From Podarcis erhardii (Eukaryota), in assembly GCA_964252035.1 (NCBI GenBank), contig OZ176204.1: DNA of 64,000 nt. One strand, 5' to 3'. The notes under the pieces were generated by a model. That model had not been told where the DNA came from, did no database searches, and saw nothing but the letters and a program-made list of their open reading frames with translations. Every line of letters begins with the position of its first letter. The stretch's first letter is position 1. Of this stretch, positions 40,582 to 52,950 are shown piece after piece. The position numbers and the translations under genes are program-made.

Positions 40582-41940
40582 TATGGTACTTTGGGGGAGA
40601 AACAAAAGAGGATGCCTTCACCTCGGTGTGGCTCCCCTTTATTGCATACACAGCCCAACAAGACAACCACATAACACACACACCCCAACAGCCTACGATT
40701 TGCTATGGCTAATTTGAGCCAACAACACACACACCCTGCCATGTCACACACACAAACAAAACTCACTGCAGTCACGGCAATGCAATCAATCTCACCCTGG
40801 GCTCCCCAATCTCTCTCACTGCCAAAGAAAACTAATAAATGAATAGATGAAGAACCTATCCACATGACACTAACATAACTATGCAGAAGAAGGAAAAATC
40901 ATTACCCCCCCTTCCCCCCACTTCTCTTTCCCCACATCTTTCTCCCCTCTCCAACTTCACAATGCTTATGATAGCAATGTCTCACACCAAATGTAACTGA
41001 CCTGTAGATAGGACTCTATGAACTGAAAACAGAGATGCTATAAGTACCTTTGTAATCCATGAACATCTTTCAATAGAAACTTTTTTTTTAAAGTGTATGG
41101 TGCTTTAGATGTATGGTGTGGGTGTATCACAGTATGACAGCAGCTCTCTGGGATCAAAGGCACGAAAAAGCCTTTCCCATCACCTGCTGTTTGATACTTC
41201 ATCCTGGAGACACCAGAGATCAAACCCAAATCACCCTCCTACACACAAAGAACATACCCCTCCCTATGTAGTTTCCCCCTCCAATACTAAAATGATAGAA
41301 TAGTTTTGGCAAAGCACATTCATGGTCAGATTACAAATCACCACATCTCAGACAAGGAACTAGAAACAGGACCATGTAAGTTGCTAGTTTGCATCTTCCT
41401 GGGACATGTTTCTCCACAGTCTTGATTGCAGGTGTTTTCTCTGTAAGCTGAAAGATGTACTCGGGACAGTTGCATGGTGAGATGTGAGGACCTTTAGAAT
41501 CCCTGTTCTGAAACATATTGGGCTCTAGAAAATGCAAAGAAAAACTCACTCCTCATGCCAAAGACACACCAACCGTTATGCTAGAGAAATTGAGTGAGTT
41601 CAGTAGATCTACTCCTACAGCTGCAAAAGAAATGACAAGCTGCTTATCATGTGCCTATGGAGCCTTAAAGTGCATTGCAATTTCTCTCTCTCTTTTTCCA
41701 AATCCAACCAAATAACTTTCATTTAATACAATTTCTAACAATCAGGTTTCCCGCTCCAGTTGCAAACATATGTCGACTGTTTCCTCCCGTAGCTGCATCA
41801 TTTCTTATTTAGTGTCCAGTTGTCATCCGTCTGAAGTGCTTTGCAATCTCAGTCTTGTTGTCCTCACAACATTGTGGTGAAGTAGGACATTGTGATTAAT
41901 GTTAAACAGATGAGAGCTGGTTGTTATTATTTATTATGTT

Positions 41941-42330
41941 GTTATTATTTATTAAATTTGCATAAAATTCATCCAAAGATCACAGGGCGGTTCAGAACAT
42001 AAAAATACAAAATGAGAACACAAAATACTTAATAAAACAAGAATGAAAACAAATCAATAACCCTGCTCCTACAAGCAAATAGAATGTTCAATCAGCCAAA
42101 GGCCAAGCTATAGAGAAACATTTTTGTCTGATGCCTAAAGATATGTAATGAAGGCACCAAATGGGCTCTCCTGGGGACAGCATTCCACAAATGAGGAGTC
42201 ACTGCAGAAAAGGCCCATTATCATGTTGCCACCCTCCTGGAATTTTGTGGAGGGGGACATGATGAAGGACCTCAGACAGTGATGTTTTCCCAAATGCACC
42301 AAACTGGTTTAGGCCTAAAGAAAGACTTGA
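41941..42330 (-). mobile_element. Older L2 3' fragment
   Basis: Homologous to 35082-35480. Confidence 0.75.
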
Positions 42331-42987
42331 ACCATGCCCAGACAAGTGCCATAGTTCATTGGAACACAATTCTCTTCAGCAACCAACAAACGCGCACACA
42401 CTCAATGATATTCTCACGTGAGGGCTTCCCCCAAAAATTTTATCACATGGTGAGACGTAGATTGACTGAACAGAAGCCAGAAATTGCCCACGGCTACAGG
42501 GTCTCAGAAGGGAGGAGTAAAATTGGTCATCAGGAAAGAAACACAAACTTGAATTCAAAGATGGATATGGAGCTGAAATAAATTATTTACAAATATCTAA
42601 AATCACTACTGTTTCCAATTTTGCCATATACATTTTTGAAGGAGAAATCTCAAAGCAAAATTCATATTCACATTTTGACTGTGAATTTTTTAACAACAAA
42701 AAAATCTAATGCTTTGGACTTGTAGGCATCTCCTTGATTATTTTGGTTTTGGCAGACTTAAACTAAGACGTGATAAGATGTTTAAAATATTACTTTAGAA
42801 TATAAGTTGCAGATTCTTAAATACTATTTACAGAATATTCAACTCAAATTTTCGAGGAATAATTTTTGAGGAGAATTTTTGGGAGAAAATTAATTTCTGC
42901 TAAATTTAGATGTCTTATGAGAGAGACAATAATCCTCTCATGATCAGTCCTGCTGCAGGAGTGTGGTGGGAAGATCAGACTTGAATA

Positions 42988-43402
42988 TCATAGAATTATA
43001 GAACTGTAAAGTTAGAAGGGTTCCCAGGGATCATCTAGTCCAGCCCCCTGAAATGCAGGAATCTCAGCTAAACGATCTATGACAGATGGCCATCTATAGC
43101 CATCCAACCTCTGCTTAAAAACCTCCAGTGAAGGAGAGTCCACCACCTTCCGATAGAGCCTGTTCCACTGTCAAACAGCTCTTACTGTCAGAAAATTCTT
43201 CCTGATGTTTAGTCAGAATCTCCTTTATTGCAAATTGAATCCAATGATTCAGGTCCTACCCTCCAGAGCAGGTGAAAACTAGCTTGCTCCATCTTCCATG
43301 TGACAACCCTTCAGATAGTTGGAGATGGTTCTCATATCTCCTCTCAGTCTCCTCTTTTCCAACCTAAACATTTCCAACTCCCTCAACCATTCCTCATATC
43401 AT
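42988..43402 (-). mobile_element. CR1 3' fragment
   Basis: Tail atcatagaattatagaa and body homologous to 3000-3380. Confidence 0.85.
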
Positions 43403-45090
43403 CATCACCACAAATTTCTGACATCTCCAGAGAAGCTATGCCCTTGTTTACATCCAGCTCTTCTCACACATCACATCACAGCCACCAGTGACACTGCAGA
43501 GTCTTTCTTCAAGGTCACCATGTTCAAGTTTTGTATCATAAGCTGCACAAACTAGTGCAGGCTTTGAAGGACACTGTAATGGCACCAGGCCATTTCCAAG
43601 GGTAGGTCCACGAGTCCCTTGTCTCCACCACAAGCAGAACACAACTTTCCTGGCACAGTCAGCCAAGTGGCTCATTTGTGATGCTAATTGCCCTTGATGC
43701 CTGTGTGAAGGGGAATGGTGGGGGCTAACGGTTTTTTATCATCCATTTTATTGGCGTCCATTCCGAGTTGCAATTTCATTTGTTGGACAAGGCCTGGCAT
43801 GATGTTCAGAACTCCCCGTTATGAAAGCAGCTAGGCTGTTGGGAACAGGCACACAATGAAGGTCAAAGTCCCAGGTGTTCTCCCCAGCATGGATATGATT
43901 CTCAGGTGCTGATCAGTCAGCTCTGGTACCTCAAAGCACAAACTTGACTATTTGCAGCTCAGATAGATTGCTACAGAAGTGGGCAAGCATGAGCACAAGA
44001 ATCAGACCCTCATTCCTGCAACATTTGGTTGGAAAAAGCTGAGCTGTCCACAGATTAAATAATTATTTATCACTTTTCAGTCAATTCATTAAACTTTAAT
44101 CCTCTTGTACTGCAAGTTCAATATAGCTATATTTTGCAGTACTGAAGAAAATGTGAGATAACTCGCAAAACCAAAAGCCACTATTCTGTTAAAAGAAATA
44201 TGTGTGCCCTTCATTGACACTTAGTCCAAACCATTAAAATTTGCCCTTACTAATGGCTGGTTTTGTTGATTAAGGCTGAAATCCTAATTGCTTGGAAATA
44301 AGCCCCATTAAATACAAATGACTTTCTAAATCAATATTCTTAGGATTGCACTCTCATTTACCAAGTGAGTTTATACAGTTCCAGTTAATTTGCCAGTTTT
44401 GCCTTATTTAATGAGTAGGGGCCCAGGTCATCTTTGTCCACACCAGCATTAGTCATACACAGAGTATAAAATTAATGAAAATGCTTAACTTGGGTCAATC
44501 AATTTCCGTGGCTCTATTCTGAGTAGAACTTCATTGGATAGTTGCCCTATAGAAAACAGAACCAAGAAGAAGCCCAACATTATTTTATTGATCACAACCC
44601 CACTTGATGAAAACACAGATTTAGGTATCCCTGTTCTCGAAAGGTTGTGAACAACATCTAAGTAAGGTGTATCAACTTAGATTAGCCTTACAGAAATAGC
44701 TTGAGTTGCTCACAAGCTTCTGTGAAGACAGCCTTGATGACATCTCAACAGGGAAAGACAACACTAAAAGAAAGACCATCTTGTAGCAGAGGGTGTGTAT
44801 GTGGCAGTGACAAGGACAACTCCAAGGATGAGGTCGTCAGCTGGAATGACTTGGAGGCAGGCAGAAGCTGCTGAATCAAGAGCAATCAACAGCACCACAG
44901 CTGCTGCGGGTGGAAGGAGGGGAGAGGGCTGCAGTTGCTGGTGGCACTTTTGTCTCTGAATATGCCAACAAACTCTCCTGTGTTCATCTCTACCATTCCC
45001 TCTGGCTCCCAAACAGTTGGCCCTAATCAGCAGAAGGCCTGACAGCTGCAAACGGCTATACATATGCATGCATCTATATTATACCCACAA

Positions 45091-45092
<2 letters not shown>

Positions 45093-45142
<50 letters not shown>
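45093..45142. repeat. (AG)25 microsatellite
   Basis: Direct reading. Confidence 0.95.
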
Positions 45143-45146
<4 letters not shown>

Positions 45147-45529
45147 CAGCTGCTGCAATTCTTCCACTGCCAGCGTGGCTCAGGCATGTGCTCCCCTCTC
45201 TCTTTGGAGGGTTACTTGACCTAGTTTGGAGGAGCAAGTTGTTTGTGCAGTGATGAGTTCACCCAGTTGGTGCTTTTGATTTAGGCTGAATCACCTTGAT
45301 TGAACAATGGCAACTCCTTGAGCTTGGTGGCTTTGCTGACAGGGCAGAAAATGGGCTGAGATGATGGAATGTGCATGAGTAGAGGAAGTGGTAAGTGAAG
45401 GTAGATGGGGAGCTTTGCAAAATAATGTCCTACCACTGGTTCACTGCTCTAAAGAGACACATGCTGACCCCGAAACTTTCTCCATAATCCTAGGTGTGTG
45501 GGAGCTGACTATGGGTACTCTTTGGTATA

Positions 45530-46100
45530 CACCCTATACTGAGTCAGCCAGACCATTGGTCCATCTTCATTATTTCCCAAACTTTGGGTCTCCATTTGTT
45601 TTTGGACTACAATTATCCATGACCACTGGTCTTGCTAGCTAGGGATGATGGGAGTTGTAGTTCAAAAACAGCTGGAGACCCAAGTTTGGGAAACACTGAT
45701 CTATCTCCATACTCTCTACACCAGTAGGAGCCATCCTGGTACCATCCAGGTGCTCTGGGCTGCAACTCTGCTCATGCCTAGCCCTTGGTGGCTGAGCTTG
45801 ATGGGAGTCCAGAACATCTGGAAGGACCAGGTTGACTATCCATTTTCTACAGTCACTGGCAGTGGCTCTCCAATATTCAGACAGGAGTCTTTCCTAGCCC
45901 TACCTGGAGATGTCAGGGACTGAAGCTGGGACTTTCTGGATGCAAAACAGGTGCTCTACCACTGAACACCAGTGAACACGGTTGAGGAATCCAGATGTTA
46001 TTTGCCTCCAAGTCCCATTAGTCCCAGCCTGCACTGTGAATGGATAGGGATGCTGGAAGATATTCAGCAACATCTGGAAGGTCATAGGTTTCCCATCCCA
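45530..46100. mobile_element. Nested cluster: minus-strand Squam2-like SINE interrupted by palindromic hAT-type MITEs, plus an adjacent MITE
   Basis: SINE pieces at about 45535-45567 and 45850-45966. MITE 45568-45698 has TIRs ...tttcccaaact/agtttgggaaacactg. Further decayed MITEs at about 45720-45845 and 45975-46100. Confidence 0.65.
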
Positions 46101-48074
46101 GCCATATAATATTCTAGGAGGACATTGTGCCCATCTTGTGTTTACTCTTGCTCCATATACTCCATACCTGAGCCTTTAGGCTTAGCATTGTAAACACATG
46201 GATGGCGAGACCCATGGAAAACACAGACTGCCTCTCCCGATGACTAACTTTTGCTTTCTTTTCCAAAGAGCAATCTTTGTAACTTTTTTTTTTGTATTTT
46301 AAGTGAATGTCTGAAGGGACTGAGGCATGACTAACAAGGAAGGCGATTTCCTGAGCTCAACCCACATGACCTTCTGCGATTAAGCCCTGGCAGAAAGTAA
46401 GCCCTTCTACACCCTTGTTTTTAAAAGGATGTCCCTTATATAAGCACCTTGTCTCTTGTTTAACAGCATCACAGCTCTGCACCACATCCCTTCTCTCATG
46501 TCACTGAGAGCATCACCGCAATGTGAAGCAACCCATTAATTTTGAAACAGATCCGACATCTCTATGTGCATTCATATGGATCTTAATTATTACCAGGGAG
46601 ATTGAGCAGGCAGCAATAGAGCTTAATGGGTGCTAAAGCTTGCTCAGCCCCAGCTCCAATTTTTAATGCCAGGGCTTAACCCAAGAACACATTAAGAAAG
46701 CAAAGTTGAAAGTGAGACAAAGTAGGCGCAGAGTCCATTTCTTTCTAAGTGCTAAGTACCTATCAGACGTCCCCACACACCAGGAATTGGGTCAAATAAA
46801 TTTCAGATCAGACTGAGGTGTTTCCATATAGGTTTTTAATCTCTGCTATCTCTTTTCCTAAAAATTTAAGACCTGGAGATGTGTGTTTATAATCTCCCTT
46901 GATGGTAAATCTCAAAGGCAAGTAGGTCTCCAAAGCTTCAACCTGGGTGCAAGGTGGTGGGGAAAATCTGATCCGTGGGTCAAATCAGGCCCACCAGGCC
47001 ATTTTGGCCAAGTCAAACCCATTTGCACTACACTTGGGCAGAAGAAAGAGGATTGCAAGGCAATTTGAAGCCCTGGCTTTCAGCTGATGGTCAGCTCTTG
47101 AAGAGAAAGCCCTGTAGAGTCAAAGCCCCAACCATCAGCTTGGATTGTATATTTAGGATTTGGGGGGCGGGGTGGGGTGAGAGAGAGAGAGAGAGAAGCA
47201 GGCCACTCCATTGGCTCTGCTGAGAGACCAGCTCCTTTTGGCTTCTCCTGTCTGTTTTCCATGCCAGCTGGTTGTTCTTAAAACTTTAACTAGTAGCATT
47301 TGAGTTAGTCCCCCCCCCCCCCGCCCCTCTATCCCATTTTCCTTTTGAGCTGTGTTTCAGATTGTAAGCCTGTGGGCAGCCATTACCTTGCTTTGTGGAT
47401 CTTAGGGTAAGTTGCTCTAAGAGTCTTTTTGGCTGGAAAGCAGGCTTAAAAAGTGCTTTGAATGAATGAAAGAACAAATAAATGCGGTTTTCATAAGTTC
47501 TGTCCAACCAGAGCAGGATTTTTTTCTTCTACTTTGCATCAATTTTCCAAATGCTGAGCACAGATTGGATGTATTGAGAAACCTGGCAGTTGTTAGAAAT
47601 GCACTACAGTGTTCTAAACATTAGTAATACATCAGCTCAAATGGTGCGATTGAAGGATAAGCAATGCCACCGAAATGTGAACCCAGTCTGTGGCATTAGC
47701 CAAGGGAGTTTGCAGGTACCAAAGCAACCACCAGAGGGCCCCCATCTGATACCATCAGTTCTACCGTGGGGGTGGAAGGAGGCTTGCATTCCTTTTAAAA
47801 TGGAGCTCCAGTAAGCAGTCCAACCAATAAGCTCCATACATGCAAATGAGTTGTGAGATGAAGAAACCTTATTTATTGTGCAGTTGTGCAATATAATGTT
47901 TTTTAAAAGAAGTGTGAGGTGAGTGCCCTTATTATGCATCCCCCCTGCTTTCAATGTATGATGGGGCATCCTTCACAATTTGAGTTAGGGTGCACCAGTA
48001 AGCAGTCCCAGAACAAGTATCAGCAGTTTTTCAAGTGATGTAACAAAAAAGTTATTTGAAGTTTGTGATGTGAC

Positions 48075-48230
48075 AGACGCCTTCAAATATCTTAAGGGCT
48101 GCCACATGGAAGCTTGTTTTCTGCTGCTCCAAAGGGAAGGACCCAAACCAATAGAGTAAAATGATGAGAAGAAAGGAGATTCCGACTAAATATTAAAAGA
48201 ACTTACTGAGGGTAAGAGCCATTCAACAGC
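48075..48230 (+). mobile_element. CR1 fragment
   Basis: gccttcaaatatcttaagggctgccacatggaag...ttttctgctgctcc, homologous to the reverse complement of 3150-3310. Confidence 0.7.
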
Positions 48231-49937
48231 GCAGAGGCAGATTTAGGGGAGAGCGACCGGTTCAGTCACACTGGCCACGGACCCTCAGGAGACACCGTAA
48301 CTATTATTTAGAATGGAGAGCCAGAGGTGGAGAACCACTTGCTTCCCAGATGTTGGTGGACCACAACTCCCATTGTCCCTGACCACTGGCCACACAGACT
48401 GGGGCTGGTGGGAGTTGGAGTCCCACAAGTTCCCTATCCCTGGACCAGGTGACATCAAAGGTCCCACCCAACTCTATGATTTTAGAACTGGCATGGGAAC
48501 TTCCCCCATGGTCCACCAACCACATTTCAATGTGTGCAAAGCAAGAGGTTGTAGCCACGGGGAGGAGCTTCCCCTCACTTCTCTGGTAATGTAAGAATCA
48601 GCCCAGGATATTGTCGTTTCCCCAAGGCTCACTATATACTGCAGGCATAAGCACAAGGTACAAACAAACAAAGGAGGAGGAAACATGGCGGGCGCGGGGG
48701 GAATGACATCCTTCTGCTTCCATTACCAGAGTTTTCAGTGGCAAGCAAACAGGCTCAAATCTTTTCTGCTGGGAGTCTGGTTCCCTAGCACCTTTAGGGC
48801 AGGGCGCATGCCTATATTTAGGTTCATGGAGAGAACGCATTTCCCATGAAATCCATGAAATCCAAACAAATTTTTGAAAGCAGGGGAGAAACACAACCAT
48901 GCCAACAATAGCAAAACCTGCAGGCTGTGGATTTCTAGGGTTAAATCTTCTCTCCTGTCCTGGAAACAAGGGGGTCCCACCCAATTTGTCTACCTCGAGG
49001 GAGCTTTGAAAACTCACTGAAGGGAATGTTTGTTCAGGCGGACTGCAGTCGCCGTCATGGAACTGAGGAATCAGGATGCTGCCGAGGGGGACAAACACTG
49101 AGCTGGCTTCACAGATGCAACACAGGAACCCAAGTTGGAACCAAAAGACAAAGAAATGAATGTTCAGCACGCCCCTACATTTCACCCCACACAGACATGC
49201 AAAGCAAACTCCCCCATAATTTTTAAAAAATGGTACATTCACCATTAAGGTCTAAATTACACAGTTTGGGAGTGCAAGGGGGCAGCTGAAGATTAACCAC
49301 ATTCCAGGGGGATGGCCAGACCTCTCCCTTTCCACAATTAGTTGGAATCTCAGCTTTCATTTTTTAAAATGGGGGTAAACAATTTCCCCAGCTGTCAAAC
49401 AAAAGCGAGAGGAAGGCCTTGCGGGAGCAAACGAGATGGAAAGATTCAGAGGCTCAAGAGGGTTTCAAGCTGCCTTTCAGCAGAGTGCTGCCCTTTAACA
49501 AATCTAGATCAAGAGGGAATCATGTGCTGGCTGGTGTCTCATCAGGCAAAACTCTGGTCTTTTATCTTTTCTGGACAGAATGGCTCCAATATTGCCACAT
49601 CGTCAGTATCTGCTGAACGAGTCATGCGGCATCCTCGGCATCCGTGTAACAAGTCCCTTTCCCTTGGGGAGCTGGAACAGGCCCCTCCTGTCATTTGCAG
49701 GGGCTACATTCCTAAATGAAGAGGCATCTGGGAAAGCTCAGCCCAGGCCTTGCATGTCCATACTGCACAAGGCTGCAAGGCAAGCAGCCTCTGCGTTTGG
49801 ATGCATGTGGACTCGTGCCCCGTTTATATAGCTGTGAGGACTGCTTCACACACAATGCTGCCCAAGCACGCGCGCGCGCACACACACACGGAGAATCAAC
49901 AAAGATTTGGGATGAGGTTATTAAAGCAAACAAAATA

Positions 49938-50163
49938 CAGTGGTACCTCGGGTTAAGTACTTAATTCGTTCTGAAGGTCCGTTCTTAACCTGAAACTGTT
50001 CTTAACCTGAAGCACCACTTTATCTAATGGGGCCTCCTGCTGCCGCCGCGCCGCCGGAGCACAATTTCTGTTCTCAACCTGAAGCAAAGTTCTTAACCCA
50101 AGGTACTATTTCTGGGTTAGCAGAGTCTGTAACCTGAAGCGTATGTAACCCAAGGTACCACTG
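49938..50163. mobile_element. Tigger-like MITE (same family as 2531, opposite orientation)
   Basis: TIRs cagtggtacctcgggtt/aacccaaggtaccactg with a TA TSD. Confidence 0.9.
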
Positions 50164-51096
50164 TAGTAGCAGAGATAAATGGAGACCTACTAGTCAGATT
50201 TCAGAGAAAGAAGGTAAGCTTGAGGTGGGAAAACAAAAACCATGCACAAAAAATTCAAAACTGAGAAAAACCAAAATGAATAGACTTGTCCATCCCTATT
50301 TTCTCAGAGGCTATATTTCATATGCAGGCACCTGCTAGCATTATCCATAGAGGAACAAAAAAGAAGCAAGTCATACTTTCAGGGGAGACAATTCTCCTCC
50401 CAGAGCTACAATTTCCAGAGTAGTTAGACAATCAGTCCCTTTTCATAGGAACCTGGGGAACTGTAGGTCTGTGGTGGGAACGGGGAACTCCTAACCACTC
50501 TCAGTACTCTTAACAAGATACAGCTTTCATGACTCTCTGGGACAAGTCATGACTGTTTAAAGTGGTATCATAGTGATTTTCATGTATGTTGTGAATGTGG
50601 CCAGAATGGGAAGGGCTTCCTCTCTGTACCTTGGAGATGCTGTGTGCACACTTGCAGTGATTCACAGAACTGGTCTTCAATCTTGGCTATCCAGCAGATG
50701 CATCACATCTGGGCCCCTCACAGCACTTGATTCCCATTATGCTTAAGGACTGTCAGTTGCCATAACTTTAAAACAAAATAATCTTGCTGCAGAAAACCCA
50801 GCCAAGAGGTACCTTTGATCTTCCGATAGAAATTAGTTCAGGAGGCATGGACTTAATGGAGGCTCTTTAGCCCTGGGTGCCAGATGTTATCATAGTATGG
50901 ATTTTGTCTGTAATTAAAATAACCGCGTTTCATTTAAAGTTAGCTTACTTGGTGTATGAGTGTATTTTAAAAAACAACAATAGCCCACTCTGTTTCTTTT
51001 TTAATCATATTTATTTTATAATGGATGGGTTCTGCATAGCCGGGGTTTTGATATTACATAGCGGAAATATAATAATCACTATCACTTGGTATAGAT

Positions 51097-51232
51097 CAGG
51101 CATAGGCAAACTCTGGCCCTCCAGATGTTTGGGACTACAATACCCATCACCCCTAGCTAATAGGATCAGTGGTCAGGGATGATGGGAATTGTAGTCCCAA
51201 ACATCTGGAGGGCCAGGGTTTGCCTGTGCCTG
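51097..51232. mobile_element. Palindromic hAT-type MITE (well-preserved copy)
   Basis: About 58-bp near-perfect inverted arms (caggcataggcaaac.../...gtttgcctgtgcctg) around a loop of about 20 nt. Decayed relatives at about 15722, 33385, 45568 and 48325. Confidence 0.85.
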
Positions 51233-52394
51233 GACTATAGATCACGTGGCTCATGTGCTAGTGGTATTCCAGTCACGGGCTCCATGCATCTGCTCCAGCC
51301 CTAACTGAACACATCTGCCTGTCCTGGCCTCAGGTTTCCTCTACCATCGCTATTTCAAAAAAAAATGCATTGTAAATAAATATAAAAGTATCAAATATAA
51401 AAGTCATGCTTCTCTGACTGTACTCATACATATCCAGAACAATGACAGAAAGCCAATAGCATCCATGCACTTATTCACAGTCTCAGAAACTTGTGAGTCC
51501 ACAGAAAGGACTAACCTAAGCCCTTCCCAAACAGTATGCAAAGCTTCCATTGAAGACTGGGCCTTAGAACTGATCAGAGAATCTAAATGGCAATCTCAGG
51601 TTTTCAGCACATTCCCTCTCAAAGACACATTTGATATCTAAGTGTAATGTTATTGTATTGTTATATTGCGATATCTCATGGTTGCTTCCAACAATACCAT
51701 TCTACAATTCTATGAAATGGGGAGCTAAGGCTGAGAACAAGTAACTTGGCCAAGGCCAACGGCAGAAAATCAGTAAACACACATTTCACCCATTATCTTA
51801 AGAGTGCAGTTTCAAAGGTGATAAGGGGCACCATCCATACAAAATGGGTGGAAGGTTACAAAATCTTGTATTTTATGGACTACTAATAGGCACTGTGCTT
51901 GTGAGCCACACATCTGGACAGTATGCATTTTGGTAAGAAATAACTATCAAATCAGCTATTGCTGCCCTAGTCCGCAGTGTATACTTTAAACTATGTAAAA
52001 CACATTGTCAGTGAAATAGCACACATTCATCAGTTTGTATTTGAAACACATATACTGTAAGTACATGGCCATAGTTATCCATGTTCTGGAAATATCTTGC
52101 TTAGATTACCCTAATGTCATGTTATTAGAGCTGCCTTTGAAACATGCTTGGAAATTTCTGACAGCATAAAATCTGTCTGGGACTAGTCAAATCTTCCTAG
52201 TTCTGAAACAATTGCCCCAGCTGCAACTCCATTTCTGAGAACAGTTCAAAGTGTTGGCACTTACCTAAACAATTTAGGATCTGGGTCCATGAAGGACTGC
52301 CTTCTCCCCTGCCCAAGTATTAATATATTATTTGCAGGCCTTTCTCCAAGTCCCCCACCGCTTCTGAAGTGAAGTGCGTGATGACCAAGTCAAA

Positions 52395-52950
52395 CCTCTG
52401 GTTATTTCCTGCTTGGATTACTGCAATGCGCTCTACATGGGGCTACCTTTGAAGGTGACCCAGAAACTACAACTAATCCAGAATGTGGCAGCTAGACTGG
52501 TGACTAGAAGTCACCGAGACCATATAACACCAGTCCTGAAAGACCTACATTGGCTCCCAGTACGCTTCCGAGCACAAATCAAAGTGTTGGTGCTGTCCTT
52601 TAAAGCCCTAAACAGCCTCGGTCCAGTATACCTAAAGGAGCATCTCCATGCCCATTGTTCAGCCCAGACACTGAGATCCAGCTCTGAGGGCCTTCTGGAG
52701 GTTCCCTCACTGTGAGAAGTGAAGTTACAGGGAACCAGGCAGAGGGCCTTCTCGGTAGTGGCGCCCGCCCTGTGGAACGCCCTTCCATCAGATGCCAAGG
52801 AAATAAACAACTACCTTTTAGAAAATATCTGAAGGCAGCCCTGTTTAGGGAAGTTTTTAATATTTTATGTATTTATTGTGTTTTTAATATTCTATTGGGA
52901 GCCACCCAGAGTGGCTGGGGAAACCCAGCCAGATGGGTGGAGTATAAATA
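52395..52950 (+). mobile_element. L2-clade LINE 3' fragment (young)
   Basis: ORF SCLDYCNALYMGLPLKVTQKLQLIQNVAARLV...HITPVLKDLHWLPVRFR; followed by (CTCCTT)n at 52952-52998. Confidence 0.92.

Noticed and set aside
36470-41500. Several isolated splice-site pairs (about 36513-36565, 38481-38524, 41420-41476)
   Set aside because: No consistent reading frame or homology; expected at random in 30 kb.
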